From contig JAHLWR010000006.1 in NCBI GenBank assembly GCA_019057815.1, forward strand, positions 1 to 64,000: a DNA stretch of 64,000 nt, read 5' to 3'. The position numbers and the translations under genes are program-made. This document shows, in pieces, positions 1 through 9,967 of the stretch. Source of the stretch: Candidatus Heimdallarchaeota archaeon (GTDB taxonomy: Archaea; Asgardarchaeota; Heimdallarchaeia; Heimdallarchaeales; Heimdallarchaeaceae). Every line of letters starts with the position of its first letter. Positions within the stretch are counted from its first letter, which is position 1. The notes below the pieces were generated by a model. That model searched no databases, had not been told where the DNA came from, and saw nothing but the letters and a program-made list of their open reading frames with translations.

Positions 1-199
1 ACCTGAACCCATTGATGAACCTACACCTGAACCCATTGATGAACCTACACCTGAACCCATTGATGAACCTACACCTGAACCCATTGATGAACCTACACCT
101 GAACCCATTGATGAACCTACACCTGAACCCATTGATGAACCTACACCTGAACCCATTGATGAACCTACACCTGAACCCATTGATGAACCTACACCTGAA
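1..199 (+). repeat. Perfect 24-bp tandem repeat ACCTGAACCCATTGATGAACCTAC, 8 copies plus a partial (truncated by window edge)
   Basis: Identical contiguous units with no spacers. Confidence 0.97.
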
Positions 200-628
200 T
201 CTGAACCCGAGCAACCTTTGATAGTTGAGGAAACTGAAGAAAAAACTCCAGAAACGGTAGCTGAAGAAATTGTAGAAAAAGTTGTTGAGGAAGCTGTTGA
301 ATCTGTTACAGAAACCATAGTTGATGCTGTAGCTGAGGCCATTGAAGAACCTACTGAAGTTGCTGAAGAAGTAATTGAAGAAGTTGCTGAAGAAGTAATT
401 GAAGAAGTTGCTGAAGAAGTAATTGAAACAGCATCAGTAGAACTAAGTGACGAAACAGTAGAGGAAATTGCTGAAAAAGTCGTTGAAGATGTAATAGGTG
501 AATCACTCGAAGGCATTGTAGAGAAAGTGGTTGAAGAAAAAATTGACGACATAACAGAAGCTGTTGAAGAAGCTGTTGAAGAAGCTGTTGAAGAAGTAGT
601 TGGGGAAGAAACTGAATCTGAGGATTAA
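2..628 (+). CDS. 5'-truncated acidic low-complexity repeat protein (PEPIDEPT x8, then E/V-rich)
   Basis: The frame of ORF 218..628 is open back to the window start and reads PEPIDEPT repeats. The stop is followed by a T-tract. Confidence 0.75.
   Translation, partial: PEPIDEPTPEPIDEPTPEPIDEPTPEPIDEPTPEPIDEPTPEPIDEPTPEPIDEPTPEPIDEPTPESEPEQPLIVEETEEKTPETVAEEIVEKVVEEAVESVTETIVDAVAEAIEEPTEVAEEVIEEVAEEVIEEVAEEVIETASVELSDETVEEIAEKVVEDVIGESLEGIVEKVVEEKIDDITEAVEEAVEEAVEEVVGEETESED
356..427 (+). repeat. 24-bp tandem repeat GAAGTTGCTGAAGAAGTAATTGAA x3 (EVAEEVIE)
   Basis: Read directly from sequence. Confidence 0.9.
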
Positions 629-713
629 ATTCTCTCAATCATTTTATTTTTTTTTTCTATTTTTTTATTTGATTAAGGACAAAAGTAATTTATGGAAGCA
701 AATCTAAACTTAA

Positions 714-1739
714 ATGATGAGTGATACAGTCTTAATTATCTTAGCTGGGGGTTTATCCCGTCGTTTCCAAACACAGAGAAACAACTGGGAAGATAAAGCT
801 TTGATTTCTTTTCACGATATACCTATTTTAATTCATCTTTTGAGAAAGGGAAAAGGATTTTTTCCTAAGATTTCAATTTCTGTAAACACACAAGCTAGAA
901 AAAGCCTATATCTCAAAACAATGAAACAATATGAAATATCACCTTCTCCCGGTTTTGTTATTGATAGGAAGAACATAATGTTTAAAGGCGTTCTCCTTGG
1001 AATATTCTCTTCTTTAGTGAAATATGAAGATAAGAATATTCAATTCATCCCCTCTGATCGACCCTTTTTGGAATTAGGAATTTTGAATAATATGAGTGTA
1101 AATAAATGTGGTACAAGTTTTCTATGTCACGAAAATGGAATGATAGAGCCTTTACTTTGTTTATGTGGTTCAAAAATATATATTCCTTCACAGTTCTTGA
1201 AACTTCACTTATCTAGGGCGGATGTAATAATTAGGCTTTCTCCCCATCTGCAGATATATAATGCAACAGAGATTCTTGAAACCAACAATCTATCACCACT
1301 AATCTTTAAGAACATCAATCAACCTAGCGATATTCAGCTTATAGAAAATAAAATAGATACTACCACGAATGTTACTGTATTACCACCTAAAATTATTCAA
1401 CGTTCAAACCTTCTGAAGATTGAAATAGAGGAAGAAAAGGAAAATAAAAGTGAATTCTTACAAACATTAATAGAAACCAAGAATTTTTACGCAGCTTTTC
1501 TTTGGGGAATGTATTTTGAGATGAACTCTAAAATCAGTAGAGCTGAGTATCTAGATTGGGCTTCTGTTGCTTTAAAGCACGAGTACCAATATTGGATAGA
1601 TAACAAATTGCCTTTCCTAGCACTTCACGCTTTACAAGACCTATTACAAACAGTTCCAGAAGAACAAGATGAAAGGAACATTAGAACAATACGTGAGTTA
1701 AAAGAAAGAATGGAAATAAGGCCTCGAAAAATATTATGA
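714..1739 (+). CDS. mobA: MobA-like molybdenum cofactor guanylyltransferase with C-terminal extension
   Basis: ILAGGLSRRF, DKAL, PSDRPF and IEPL motifs; adjacent to FDH. Confidence 0.7.
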   Translation: MMSDTVLIILAGGLSRRFQTQRNNWEDKALISFHDIPILIHLLRKGKGFFPKISISVNTQARKSLYLKTMKQYEISPSPGFVIDRKNIMFKGVLLGIFSSLVKYEDKNIQFIPSDRPFLELGILNNMSVNKCGTSFLCHENGMIEPLLCLCGSKIYIPSQFLKLHLSRADVIIRLSPHLQIYNATEILETNNLSPLIFKNINQPSDIQLIENKIDTTTNVTVLPPKIIQRSNLLKIEIEEEKENKSEFLQTLIETKNFYAAFLWGMYFEMNSKISRAEYLDWASVALKHEYQYWIDNKLPFLALHALQDLLQTVPEEQDERNIRTIRELKERMEIRPRKIL

Positions 1740-1751
1740 TTTTACGAAGAT

Positions 1752-4466
1752 TTATAATTTTGCAACTTTAATTGCACAAACTTTGAATTCAGGTATTTTT
1801 GAAAGTGGATCTAAAGCATCATTAGTCAACAGATTTACAGCTGACTCCTTATAATGGAAGGACATGAATACAACACCTTCCAGTATTTTATCAGTAACTC
1901 TTGCAATAGTTTCTATTTTACCTCTTCTAGATTCGATAGAAATTCTATCACCATCCTTGATATCTAGTTGTTCTGCATCCCGCGTGTTGATTTGACTTCT
2001 TTCAATTGGTCTGCGCGCATGAAGACCAATTGATCTTCGCGACATCTCACCTGTATGGAAATGGTATAGAATACGACCAGTAGTCAAGATAAGTGGATAT
2101 TCTTCATCAGGTAATTCGGTAGGGTCAATGTAAGAAATTGTATGGAACTTACCTTTACCCCTGCTAAATTCTCCATGATGGAGGATTTTTGTTCCTGGAT
2201 GGTTTTTGTCCTTACAAGGCCATTGTAGTCCAATTTCCTCGATTCTCTTGTAATCAATCCCAGCATAAATTGGGGAAATTTCTGCAATTTCATCCATTAT
2301 GTCACTTGGACTTTTGTAATCTACCTCAATTCCAAATCTATTTAGCATAATCTGAAGTATTTCCCAATCATCCTTTCTGTTTCCTATATGACCTACTGCT
2401 TTCCGTACTCGCTGAACTCTTCTTTCAGTATTAGTAAAAGTCCCATCTTTCTCAGCAAATGATCTTCCAGGTAAAATAACATCCGCATATTTAGCAGTTT
2501 CAGTAATGAAAATATCTTGCACGACTAGAAAATCTACTTTCTCTAAGGCTTCACGAACATGATTAAGATTAGGATCACTTAGAGCAGGATTTTCTCCCAT
2601 AATATACATCCCACGAACTTTTCCTTCGTGAGCTGCATACATCATCTCAACAACAGTTAGACCAGGTTTACTATCTAAAGCTTTTACATTCCAAGCTTTC
2701 TCAAATTTAGCTTTGATGTTAGGTTCTGAAACTTGTTGATATCCCGGATATACGTTTGGCAATCCTCCTAAATCACAAGCTCCTTGCACATTATTCTGAC
2801 CTCTAAGAGGATTGACTCCTGTTCCAGGGCGACCGATATTTCCTGTTATCATAGCTAAATTAGCAAGCGACAACACATTATCAGTACCTGTAGTGTGTTG
2901 AGTTATACCCATTGAATAAACAATCGCTGCTGTGGTTGCTTGTGCATATAAAATAGCCGCTTTTTTTACATCTTCAACGCTAACATTAGCTATTTTGCAT
3001 TGCAACTCTAAAGAAATTTTATCTAATGATTCTTTCAGTTCTTTGTAGCCTTCAGTTCTTTCTTCTATGAATTTCTCATCGACTAATCCTTCATCAACGA
3101 TAACCTTAAGCATTGCATTGATTAATGCAACATCAGAACCAGGTTGATGTTGAAGGAAAACTTCTGAATAATCGGCAAGATCTATTCTTCTAGGATCAGC
3201 AACTATTAATTTTGATATTCCTTGTGCAATAGCATGTTTTATTTTTGAACCTATAATAGGGTGAGCTTCCGTTGTATTGCTTCCTATAATGAAAATTACC
3301 TCTGAATCCCTAGTTAAATCAGAAATACTGTTTGTCATTGCTCCAGATCCAAAAGCTTTGGCTAAACCTGTAACAGTAGAAGCATGACAAAGTCTAGCGC
3401 AGTGATCAATATTGTTGGTTCCAAATCCAGCTCGAGCTAGCTTCTGCATGAGATAGTTTTCTTCATTGGTGCACTTCGCAGAAGTTAAGAATGCAAGGGA
3501 ATTAGAACCACTTTCCTTTTTAATTTGCTTAAATTTTTGCTCAATTAAATCAAAAGCTTCTTTCCATGAAGCGTCAGTGAATTTACCATCCTTTTTGATT
3601 AAAGGAATATTCAATCTCTCGGGGTGGTGTACAAAATCCCAACCATATCTACCTTTAACACAAAGAGCTAATCCATTAACAGGGTTACTTCTATTTGAAT
3701 CTATGTACTCGATTTTATTTGTTTGTCGATTGATTAATATATCAAATTGGCACCCTACACCACAGTAAGTACAGATACTTGTGATTCTATCTAATTCAAA
3801 TACCTTATTAGATTTCTTATAATCATGTGCAACGAGGGCACCTGATGGACAAACTGCAACACAGCTACCACATGAAACACACCCAGCTTCTTCAAAGGTT
3901 TTGCCAAAATCAGGACTAGGATATGTATCAAACCCTCTATGAGTCATAGTTAAGACACCACAAACCTGAATCTCATTTGCAGCTCTAACACAAAGACCAC
4001 AACGAACACAAGCAGAATAATTCAATTCAAAAAATTCATTGTTTTCGTGTAGATTTACTCTTGGTCTTGTGCCTCTATACTTTCTAATATCTGTTTCTGG
4101 AACATATTTTGTTGCTAACTGTTGTACTTTACAAGAACCAGTTTTTTCGCAAATTACACAATCTGAACGATGCGATGCAAGAAGTAATTCAATTACAACA
4201 ACTCTAGCCCGTTTAACGCGCTCACTTTCTGTATGAACAATAGCTCCTTTTTTCACAGGAGTATTGCATGACGCTATTAGTGTTTTTTGTCGCTCAACCT
4301 CTATTACGCAAACTCTGCAAGCACCATCTGGATTTAATTCTGGTTCATGACAGAGTATCGGAATTTCTATTCCATATTTTGTAATAGCTTCGTAGTAAGT
4401 TTCATCTTCAAAACACTCAATCTCTTTACCATTAACAGTTATAGTTATTATTTTTCTCTCTAACAT
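1752..4466 (-). CDS. fdhA: Formate dehydrogenase alpha subunit (Cys-type Mo/W-bisPGD) with N-terminal Fe-S domains
   Basis: CTYCGVGC, CVKGRYG, DHCARLCHAS, PLRGQNNVQG and LTTGR motifs. The start at 4466 (MLERK) overlaps the upstream stop. Confidence 0.95.
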   Translation of the reverse strand: MLERKIITITVNGKEIECFEDETYYEAITKYGIEIPILCHEPELNPDGACRVCVIEVERQKTLIASCNTPVKKGAIVHTESERVKRARVVVIELLLASHRSDCVICEKTGSCKVQQLATKYVPETDIRKYRGTRPRVNLHENNEFFELNYSACVRCGLCVRAANEIQVCGVLTMTHRGFDTYPSPDFGKTFEEAGCVSCGSCVAVCPSGALVAHDYKKSNKVFELDRITSICTYCGVGCQFDILINRQTNKIEYIDSNRSNPVNGLALCVKGRYGWDFVHHPERLNIPLIKKDGKFTDASWKEAFDLIEQKFKQIKKESGSNSLAFLTSAKCTNEENYLMQKLARAGFGTNNIDHCARLCHASTVTGLAKAFGSGAMTNSISDLTRDSEVIFIIGSNTTEAHPIIGSKIKHAIAQGISKLIVADPRRIDLADYSEVFLQHQPGSDVALINAMLKVIVDEGLVDEKFIEERTEGYKELKESLDKISLELQCKIANVSVEDVKKAAILYAQATTAAIVYSMGITQHTTGTDNVLSLANLAMITGNIGRPGTGVNPLRGQNNVQGACDLGGLPNVYPGYQQVSEPNIKAKFEKAWNVKALDSKPGLTVVEMMYAAHEGKVRGMYIMGENPALSDPNLNHVREALEKVDFLVVQDIFITETAKYADVILPGRSFAEKDGTFTNTERRVQRVRKAVGHIGNRKDDWEILQIMLNRFGIEVDYKSPSDIMDEIAEISPIYAGIDYKRIEEIGLQWPCKDKNHPGTKILHHGEFSRGKGKFHTISYIDPTELPDEEYPLILTTGRILYHFHTGEMSRRSIGLHARRPIERSQINTRDAEQLDIKDGDRISIESRRGKIETIARVTDKILEGVVFMSFHYKESAVNLLTNDALDPLSKIPEFKVCAIKVAKL

Positions 4467-5431
4467 TTGCCTCTGCTCTTGTATATGGCTCCTTTTGGAC
4501 ATCTCTTGTAGCACATCTGACAGTAGGTACATCGGCTACAGTTGATCTTGAAACCTGTTTCTCTTGATCCTGTAATTGCACCAGCAGGACAAACTCTCTT
4601 ACAAATGCCACATTTTATGCAACTGTCTTGGTTGATAATGAAAGTATACAATTTGGTACAAACTCTTGATCTGCAACTTAGTGTTTTAATATGTTCTTCA
4701 AAATCTACTCTAAAATGTTTTAATGTATAAAGAACAGGTTCTGCACCTTGTTGGCCTACTTCACAAAGAGATGCCTCTTTCATAGTCAAACAGATTCGTT
4801 CAAGATCATCCAAATCCTCTAGTTCTGCTTCTCCGTTCCTAATTTTTTCTACCAAACCTAGTGCAATAAGAGAACCATCGCGACATGGTACGCATTTACC
4901 ACATGATTCATTTAATATGAAAGATAACAGATAATTGGCTGTTAAGTCAACAATACAGATATTTTCCGCAGCAATAAGACCATTTAAGCTTGCAATAAGC
5001 TCCGCTTCTTTTTGTGTTACAGAATCAGCTAGGATGTTTAAAATTGCCTCCTGATTTTTAAAAAACTCAATATCTGTATATTTTTCTATCTTCTCACCTG
5101 ATTTAGGATCTTCATAAAATAACTCTTTTACTGGTTTTTCTTGAACCAAATGTGATTCAACTATTTTTTTCACGTCTTCAGGTTCAACCTTACAATACAA
5201 CGTCCCTTCGGGTTTTATAAAAACCAATGGCCCCTGATCGCAAAAACCTTGACAACTTGTCAAACTAATATCTAAGTTTTCTTGAATACCAGCTCGAACA
5301 ACTTCTCTCCCGAAATTTTTGTGAATTTCGTCGGATTTGGATGATAAGCAATTTTTACCCTCACAAATTAAAACTTGACGTGGCATAGGGGTTGAAGCAT
5401 TGTTTTTTAATACTTTATTGTTTGATGCCAT
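4460..5431 (-). CDS. NuoF/HydB-like Fe-S subunit lacking the FMN/NADH-binding domain
   Basis: Thioredoxin-like 2Fe-2S (CEGKNC...CQGFC), ESCGKCVPCRDG...SLC, and two CxxCxxCxxxCP motifs. No GRGGAGF or CGEETAL. Confidence 0.85.
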   Translation of the reverse strand: MASNNKVLKNNASTPMPRQVLICEGKNCLSSKSDEIHKNFGREVVRAGIQENLDISLTSCQGFCDQGPLVFIKPEGTLYCKVEPEDVKKIVESHLVQEKPVKELFYEDPKSGEKIEKYTDIEFFKNQEAILNILADSVTQKEAELIASLNGLIAAENICIVDLTANYLLSFILNESCGKCVPCRDGSLIALGLVEKIRNGEAELEDLDDLERICLTMKEASLCEVGQQGAEPVLYTLKHFRVDFEEHIKTLSCRSRVCTKLYTFIINQDSCIKCGICKRVCPAGAITGSRETGFKINCSRCTYCQMCYKRCPKGAIYKSRGKC

Positions 5432-5608
5432 CTGACTTCTCCTCTTATTTCTTTCTCAGAACTCTTTTTACATGAGAAGTTCGCACTAAAGGTGAATGAA
5501 GCATAAGCTTCAAAAATCTTTTCCCAACTCATTTCCATTCATTGATTTAACTATTTTAAATTTAATCTGGGAATAAACTTAAAACTAGTAAAAAGAATTA
5601 GTTTCTGA

Positions 5609-6646
5609 ATGATAACATCCCATAAGATTTATTTCAAAAATTCCCAAGATATCAAAGAAATTGAAGATGAAACAGTAAATTTGATGGTTACAAGTTGTCC
5701 TTATCCCATGATTGAAATGTGGGATGAAGTGTTCTCCTTGCAAAATTCAAAGATAAGAAAAGCCTTAGCAAAGCATGCAGGTGATTTAGTTTTTGAATTG
5801 ATGCATCAAGAATTAGATAAAGTCTGGAATGAAACATACAGGGTTTTGAAAAAAAATGGTATAGTTTGTATTAACATAGGTGATGCAACTAGAAGTTTGG
5901 GCGATGATTTTAATTTATATCCGTCTCACACAAGAATTATTTCACATTGCTTAAAAATCGGTTTTAAGTGTTTACCGTTTATTATTTGGACCAAGCTAAC
6001 TAACATTCCAAATAAGTTTTTAGGGTCAGGTATGCTACCCCCTGGAGCTTATGTTACTTTAGAACATGAATATATTCTTATTCTTAGAAAGGGAGGAAAA
6101 AGAGAATTTTCAACAGAACGAGAAAAAAAGAAAAGATCTCTAAGCCCATATTTCTGGGAGGAACGAAACGTTTGGTTTTCAGATATATGGGATCTTAAGG
6201 GAGTTAATCAATCTATAAAAAACACCAAAGTAAGAAAAAGGAGCGCAGCATTTCCTTTTGAGCTAGCTTATCGTTTAATCAATATGTTTTCACTCAAAGG
6301 GGACATAGTTTTGGATCCTTTTCTTGGTACAGGAACCACTACTTTTGCGGCAATGGCTTCTGCAAGAGATAGTATCGGTGTTGAAATTGATGAGAATTTT
6401 TGCGAAATTATTCAAACAGGCATCAATGAAATAGTTGAATATGCAAACGAGTATAACAAAAAAAGAATCCAAAGGCATATTGAGTATATTGAGGAGAGAA
6501 TAAAAAATCAAAGAAAACCAAAATACACAAATGAATTTTATGGCTTTCCTGTAGTCACTAAACAAGAAATAAAATTAAAATTAAATGAATTAACATGCAT
6601 AAAAAAACTTGAGGAAAATTGTTTTCAAGTAGAATATTTTGATTAA
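5609..6646 (+). CDS. Orphan beta-class N4C/N6A DNA methyltransferase
   Basis: VTSCPY (SPPY-type motif IV) precedes VLDPFLGTGTT (motif I). Confidence 0.9.
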   Translation: MITSHKIYFKNSQDIKEIEDETVNLMVTSCPYPMIEMWDEVFSLQNSKIRKALAKHAGDLVFELMHQELDKVWNETYRVLKKNGIVCINIGDATRSLGDDFNLYPSHTRIISHCLKIGFKCLPFIIWTKLTNIPNKFLGSGMLPPGAYVTLEHEYILILRKGGKREFSTEREKKKRSLSPYFWEERNVWFSDIWDLKGVNQSIKNTKVRKRSAAFPFELAYRLINMFSLKGDIVLDPFLGTGTTTFAAMASARDSIGVEIDENFCEIIQTGINEIVEYANEYNKKRIQRHIEYIEERIKNQRKPKYTNEFYGFPVVTKQEIKLKLNELTCIKKLEENCFQVEYFD

Positions 6647-6695
6647 TCTCTAAATATAAAAAAGATTATTATCTTGCGTTCAGTATCATAAAGAT

Positions 6696-7559
6696 GTGGT
6701 TAAATTGTTCATTAAGACAAAAGTAGTGATTGTAATTCCAGAACCTGATATAGCTTCTAACACTATTTGGAAAGGTCTTGAAAATGGTTCATATTTCAAG
6801 GAATCTGATCAAACATTTGATAGTAATATGGTCTTTCAACATGAAAAGTCTCCAGATGACATTAAGGTAGTTTTTTCAAAGAAAGATGGAGTAGAAAGTA
6901 ATCATCTTGAAAAAAAAATACAAGCAGATTTGTTTATCGTCGCCAGTAGACACAGAGCAGCTTCAGGAACCCCTGCTTTATTAATCCATCCTACTGGCAA
7001 TTGGTCAAAGATAACACTTGCTGGAAGAGAGCGTGAACTTTCCTACACCTCGTGTCAAGCATTGAAATTTGGATTATTGCATTTGAAAAACAAAAAGGAA
7101 GAATATAGCTTAGAGAATTACAAAGTTGATTTGGAAGTTACACATCACGGACCAACCAGCATGAAATGTCCACTAATCTTCATGGAGTTAGGAAGTAGTG
7201 AAGACCAGTGGAAAGATGAGAAAGCAGCCAAAGCTGTGGGTGAAGCGATTGTTGAAACAGCCCAACAGTTCATAAATACCCGAAATTTCAAGGGTGAATG
7301 TTTTATTGGTCTTGGTGGAAATCACTATGCTTATAGATTTCACAAGTATTTAATGCAGAATGAAAATGTGTATATCAGCCATATGGCAGCTAAACATACT
7401 CTTGACAATTTAGATAAAGAAAACATATCTCAAGCTTTTACAAAGACTCTTGAGACACCGATTGGAGCTTTAATCGATAAGAAAGGAGCAAGGTCCGAAC
7501 AGAGAAAGAACGCAATTGAATTACTTGAAAGTCTTGGTAAAGAGCATTTTTTGATATAG
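6696..7559 (+). CDS. dtdA: D-aminoacyl-tRNA deacylase (archaeal DTD2)
   Basis: ASRH, HPTGNW, EVTHHGPT, ELGSSE and GGNHYA motifs. Confidence 0.93.
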   Translation: MVKLFIKTKVVIVIPEPDIASNTIWKGLENGSYFKESDQTFDSNMVFQHEKSPDDIKVVFSKKDGVESNHLEKKIQADLFIVASRHRAASGTPALLIHPTGNWSKITLAGRERELSYTSCQALKFGLLHLKNKKEEYSLENYKVDLEVTHHGPTSMKCPLIFMELGSSEDQWKDEKAAKAVGEAIVETAQQFINTRNFKGECFIGLGGNHYAYRFHKYLMQNENVYISHMAAKHTLDNLDKENISQAFTKTLETPIGALIDKKGARSEQRKNAIELLESLGKEHFLI

Positions 7560-7617
7560 TGTGTAGTACAATAAGTGTGGTTTTTTTATATTCTTGTTTA
7601 GATAAAGCTTTGATTCT

Positions 7618-8469
7618 ATGACTTATCAAAATATGACCATTATTATTACTGGGGCTTCTTCAGGAATAGGAAAAGCTGTTTCGCTTGCTCTGATCCCATA
7701 TAAGCCTAAATTAGTAATTGTTGCTAGACGAAGTGACAAATTAAAGGAAACAGCAGAAGAACTAGATAAAGCCAATATCGATTTCTTACCCATAATTGGG
7801 GATGTTAGAAACGCAGAAGATAGAAACAAAATCATTGATTTAACATTGCAAGAGTTCGGACAAATTGATGTTTTGATAAACAATGCTGGTATAGGAAAAG
7901 CAAATTTAATCGTCGAACAACCTGAAGAAGAAATAGATGAGTTGTTAGAAACCAATGTCAAAGCTCTTATCATGCTTACAAGAAAAATCATCCCTATCAT
8001 GAAAAAGGGAGGAGGAGGACACATTATCAATATTTCTTCATTCTTTGCTTTGCTCCCAGTTTACCCTTTTGCTGTATATTCCGCAACAAAAGCAGCAGTG
8101 AAAATCTTTAGTGATTGTATTAGAGAGGAAGTAAAAAACTATGGAATAAACGTTTCAACTGTACTACCAGGACCTTATAATACAGAATTTAACGTTGTTG
8201 CAGGGATAGCAACTGGTCGATGTTTAAAATACGATGTTAATCCTCTATCAAAAAGAATAGTGAAACTAATAAAGAAACCAAAGAAAAACGTAATCCAGCC
8301 ACTGATTTTTGTTTTGTTAATTAAATTGATAAGACTTATCCCTCCACTTAAGGGCGTCATTACGAACAATATAGCTAAAATGATAGCACGAGAAAGAGCA
8401 AGTATGAAAATAACTGAACTAATAAGAAAAAATAAGGAAAAAGAAGAAATAACGACTTTAACCCATTAA
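7618..8469 (+). CDS. Short-chain dehydrogenase/reductase
   Basis: TGASSGIG, NNAG and YSATK motifs. Confidence 0.93.
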   Translation: MTYQNMTIIITGASSGIGKAVSLALIPYKPKLVIVARRSDKLKETAEELDKANIDFLPIIGDVRNAEDRNKIIDLTLQEFGQIDVLINNAGIGKANLIVEQPEEEIDELLETNVKALIMLTRKIIPIMKKGGGGHIINISSFFALLPVYPFAVYSATKAAVKIFSDCIREEVKNYGINVSTVLPGPYNTEFNVVAGIATGRCLKYDVNPLSKRIVKLIKKPKKNVIQPLIFVLLIKLIRLIPPLKGVITNNIAKMIARERASMKITELIRKNKEKEEITTLTH

Positions 8470-9384
8470 AGAGGCTAGAACTGCCATAACTGTGTGGAGA
8501 CGATTTTCAGCTTCATCAAAAACAACAGAATTCTCTGATTCAAAAACTTCTTCTGTAGCTTCTTTGTGCTTAAATGGTAAACAGTGCATGAATATATAAT
8601 TGCTTTTTGCATTTGCCACTAATTCTTTAGTTATAACATATTTTTTGAATAATGCAAGCTTTTTCTCAGCCTCAGCTTCTTCACCCATTGATACAAATGT
8701 ATCAGTTACAACAACATCTGCATTAGTGACAACAGCAATAGGATCATTGCTTATAACGATTTTTACTCCATTGTCTTCAGCAATATCTTTGGCTAATTCT
8801 ACAATTTCTTCAGACGGTTCATAACCTTTAGGAGTGGCAACAGACATATCTATGCCCATTTTTGCACAACCAATAAGAAGGGAGTTACAAACATTGTTGC
8901 CATCGCCAACCCAAGCAAGTTTCAATCCTGCTAGTTTTCCTTTATGTTCTTCAATAGTTAATAAATCTGCCAATATTTGTAATGGATGATATTTGTCAGA
9001 AAGAGCATTAATAACGGGTATTGATGAATTTTTTGAAAGTATATCAACATCTTCATGTGCATATACTCTAGCTAAAACGCCGTCTATCATTCGAGATAAA
9101 ACACGTGCAGTATCTTTAATTGATTCACCTGCGCCTAGTTGGATATCATCTTGTCCAAGGAATAGCGCGTGACCACCTAAAAAGAACATTGCAGTTTCTG
9201 TAGAAACTCTTGTTCTTGTCGATCTTTTCTGAAAAATCATCCCCAATGTAAACCCATCTAAGACTCGATTTCGCTTATATGCTTTAAAATCAGCTTTGAA
9301 TTTTTTAGATTCGTCAAGAAGATAACGAATTTCCTCTGGTGTGTAATCTTTTAGACTTAAAAGATGACGACCGCTTAAGTCCAT
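8458..9384 (-). CDS. argF: Ornithine carbamoyltransferase
   Basis: STRTR, HPLQ, SMG, HCLP and AENRLH motifs. Confidence 0.96.
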   Translation of the reverse strand: MDLSGRHLLSLKDYTPEEIRYLLDESKKFKADFKAYKRNRVLDGFTLGMIFQKRSTRTRVSTETAMFFLGGHALFLGQDDIQLGAGESIKDTARVLSRMIDGVLARVYAHEDVDILSKNSSIPVINALSDKYHPLQILADLLTIEEHKGKLAGLKLAWVGDGNNVCNSLLIGCAKMGIDMSVATPKGYEPSEEIVELAKDIAEDNGVKIVISNDPIAVVTNADVVVTDTFVSMGEEAEAEKKLALFKKYVITKELVANAKSNYIFMHCLPFKHKEATEEVFESENSVVFDEAENRLHTVMAVLASLMG

Positions 9385-9575
9385 ACACTCACCTCAAGAG
9401 GTAGACATTGCGAGACTTTAAAAAATGTTCGATGAGGCTCTATAGCTACACACCTAAAAACCTTGACCAATAAAACAATAATTTCATATAAATTAATTGC
9501 CTTCAAAAATATGTTCAACAATCCATTTTTAGTTATATGAAAGAATTTTTAAGAATGTTTTAAGTCTTAACTACT

Positions 9576-9947
9576 ATGAACTATAAACGATTTGGTATAG
9601 CAACTCTAACAGGAGCACTATTAGGGGTTTTATGTATAATTGGTGCAAGTGGTCGAATTGGTGGTTGGACAGGTAATGAAGTAATACTTGTAGGGTTATG
9701 GTATAACCGCGTTATTATGGGCATGATTATCGGTTTAGCTGGTAATTTAATATTCTTCTCTGGAACCCCTACAAAAAAGTGGTTAAACACAGGAATGCGT
9801 GGTTTAATGTTTGGTATAATTGTTAGCCTTCAATTCTTCTTATCTTCAGATTTACTTGATTGGCCAACCTTCCTAGCAGGTTTCGCTTATGGTATAGTAA
9901 TAGACCTCTTAGCCACGGCTCTTGGTGAAAAAAAATCAAGAGAATAA
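9576..9947 (+). CDS. Small multi-pass membrane protein
   Basis: About 4 hydrophobic Gly-rich helices. Confidence 0.75.
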   Translation: MNYKRFGIATLTGALLGVLCIIGASGRIGGWTGNEVILVGLWYNRVIMGMIIGLAGNLIFFSGTPTKKWLNTGMRGLMFGIIVSLQFFLSSDLLDWPTFLAGFAYGIVIDLLATALGEKKSRE

Positions 9948-9967
9948 ATAAAAAATAAGAATCAACA

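Noticed and set aside
1-199. Possible CRISPR array
   Set aside because: The units are contiguous with no spacers and are in frame in a coding region.
12-221. ORF MNLHLNPL repeat, and antisense 351..638 LLQQ ORF
   Set aside because: These are alternative-frame shadows of the acidic repeat CDS.
3380-3410. Selenocysteine in FdhA
   Set aside because: The active-site codon is Cys (CARLCH) and the ORF has no in-frame TGA.
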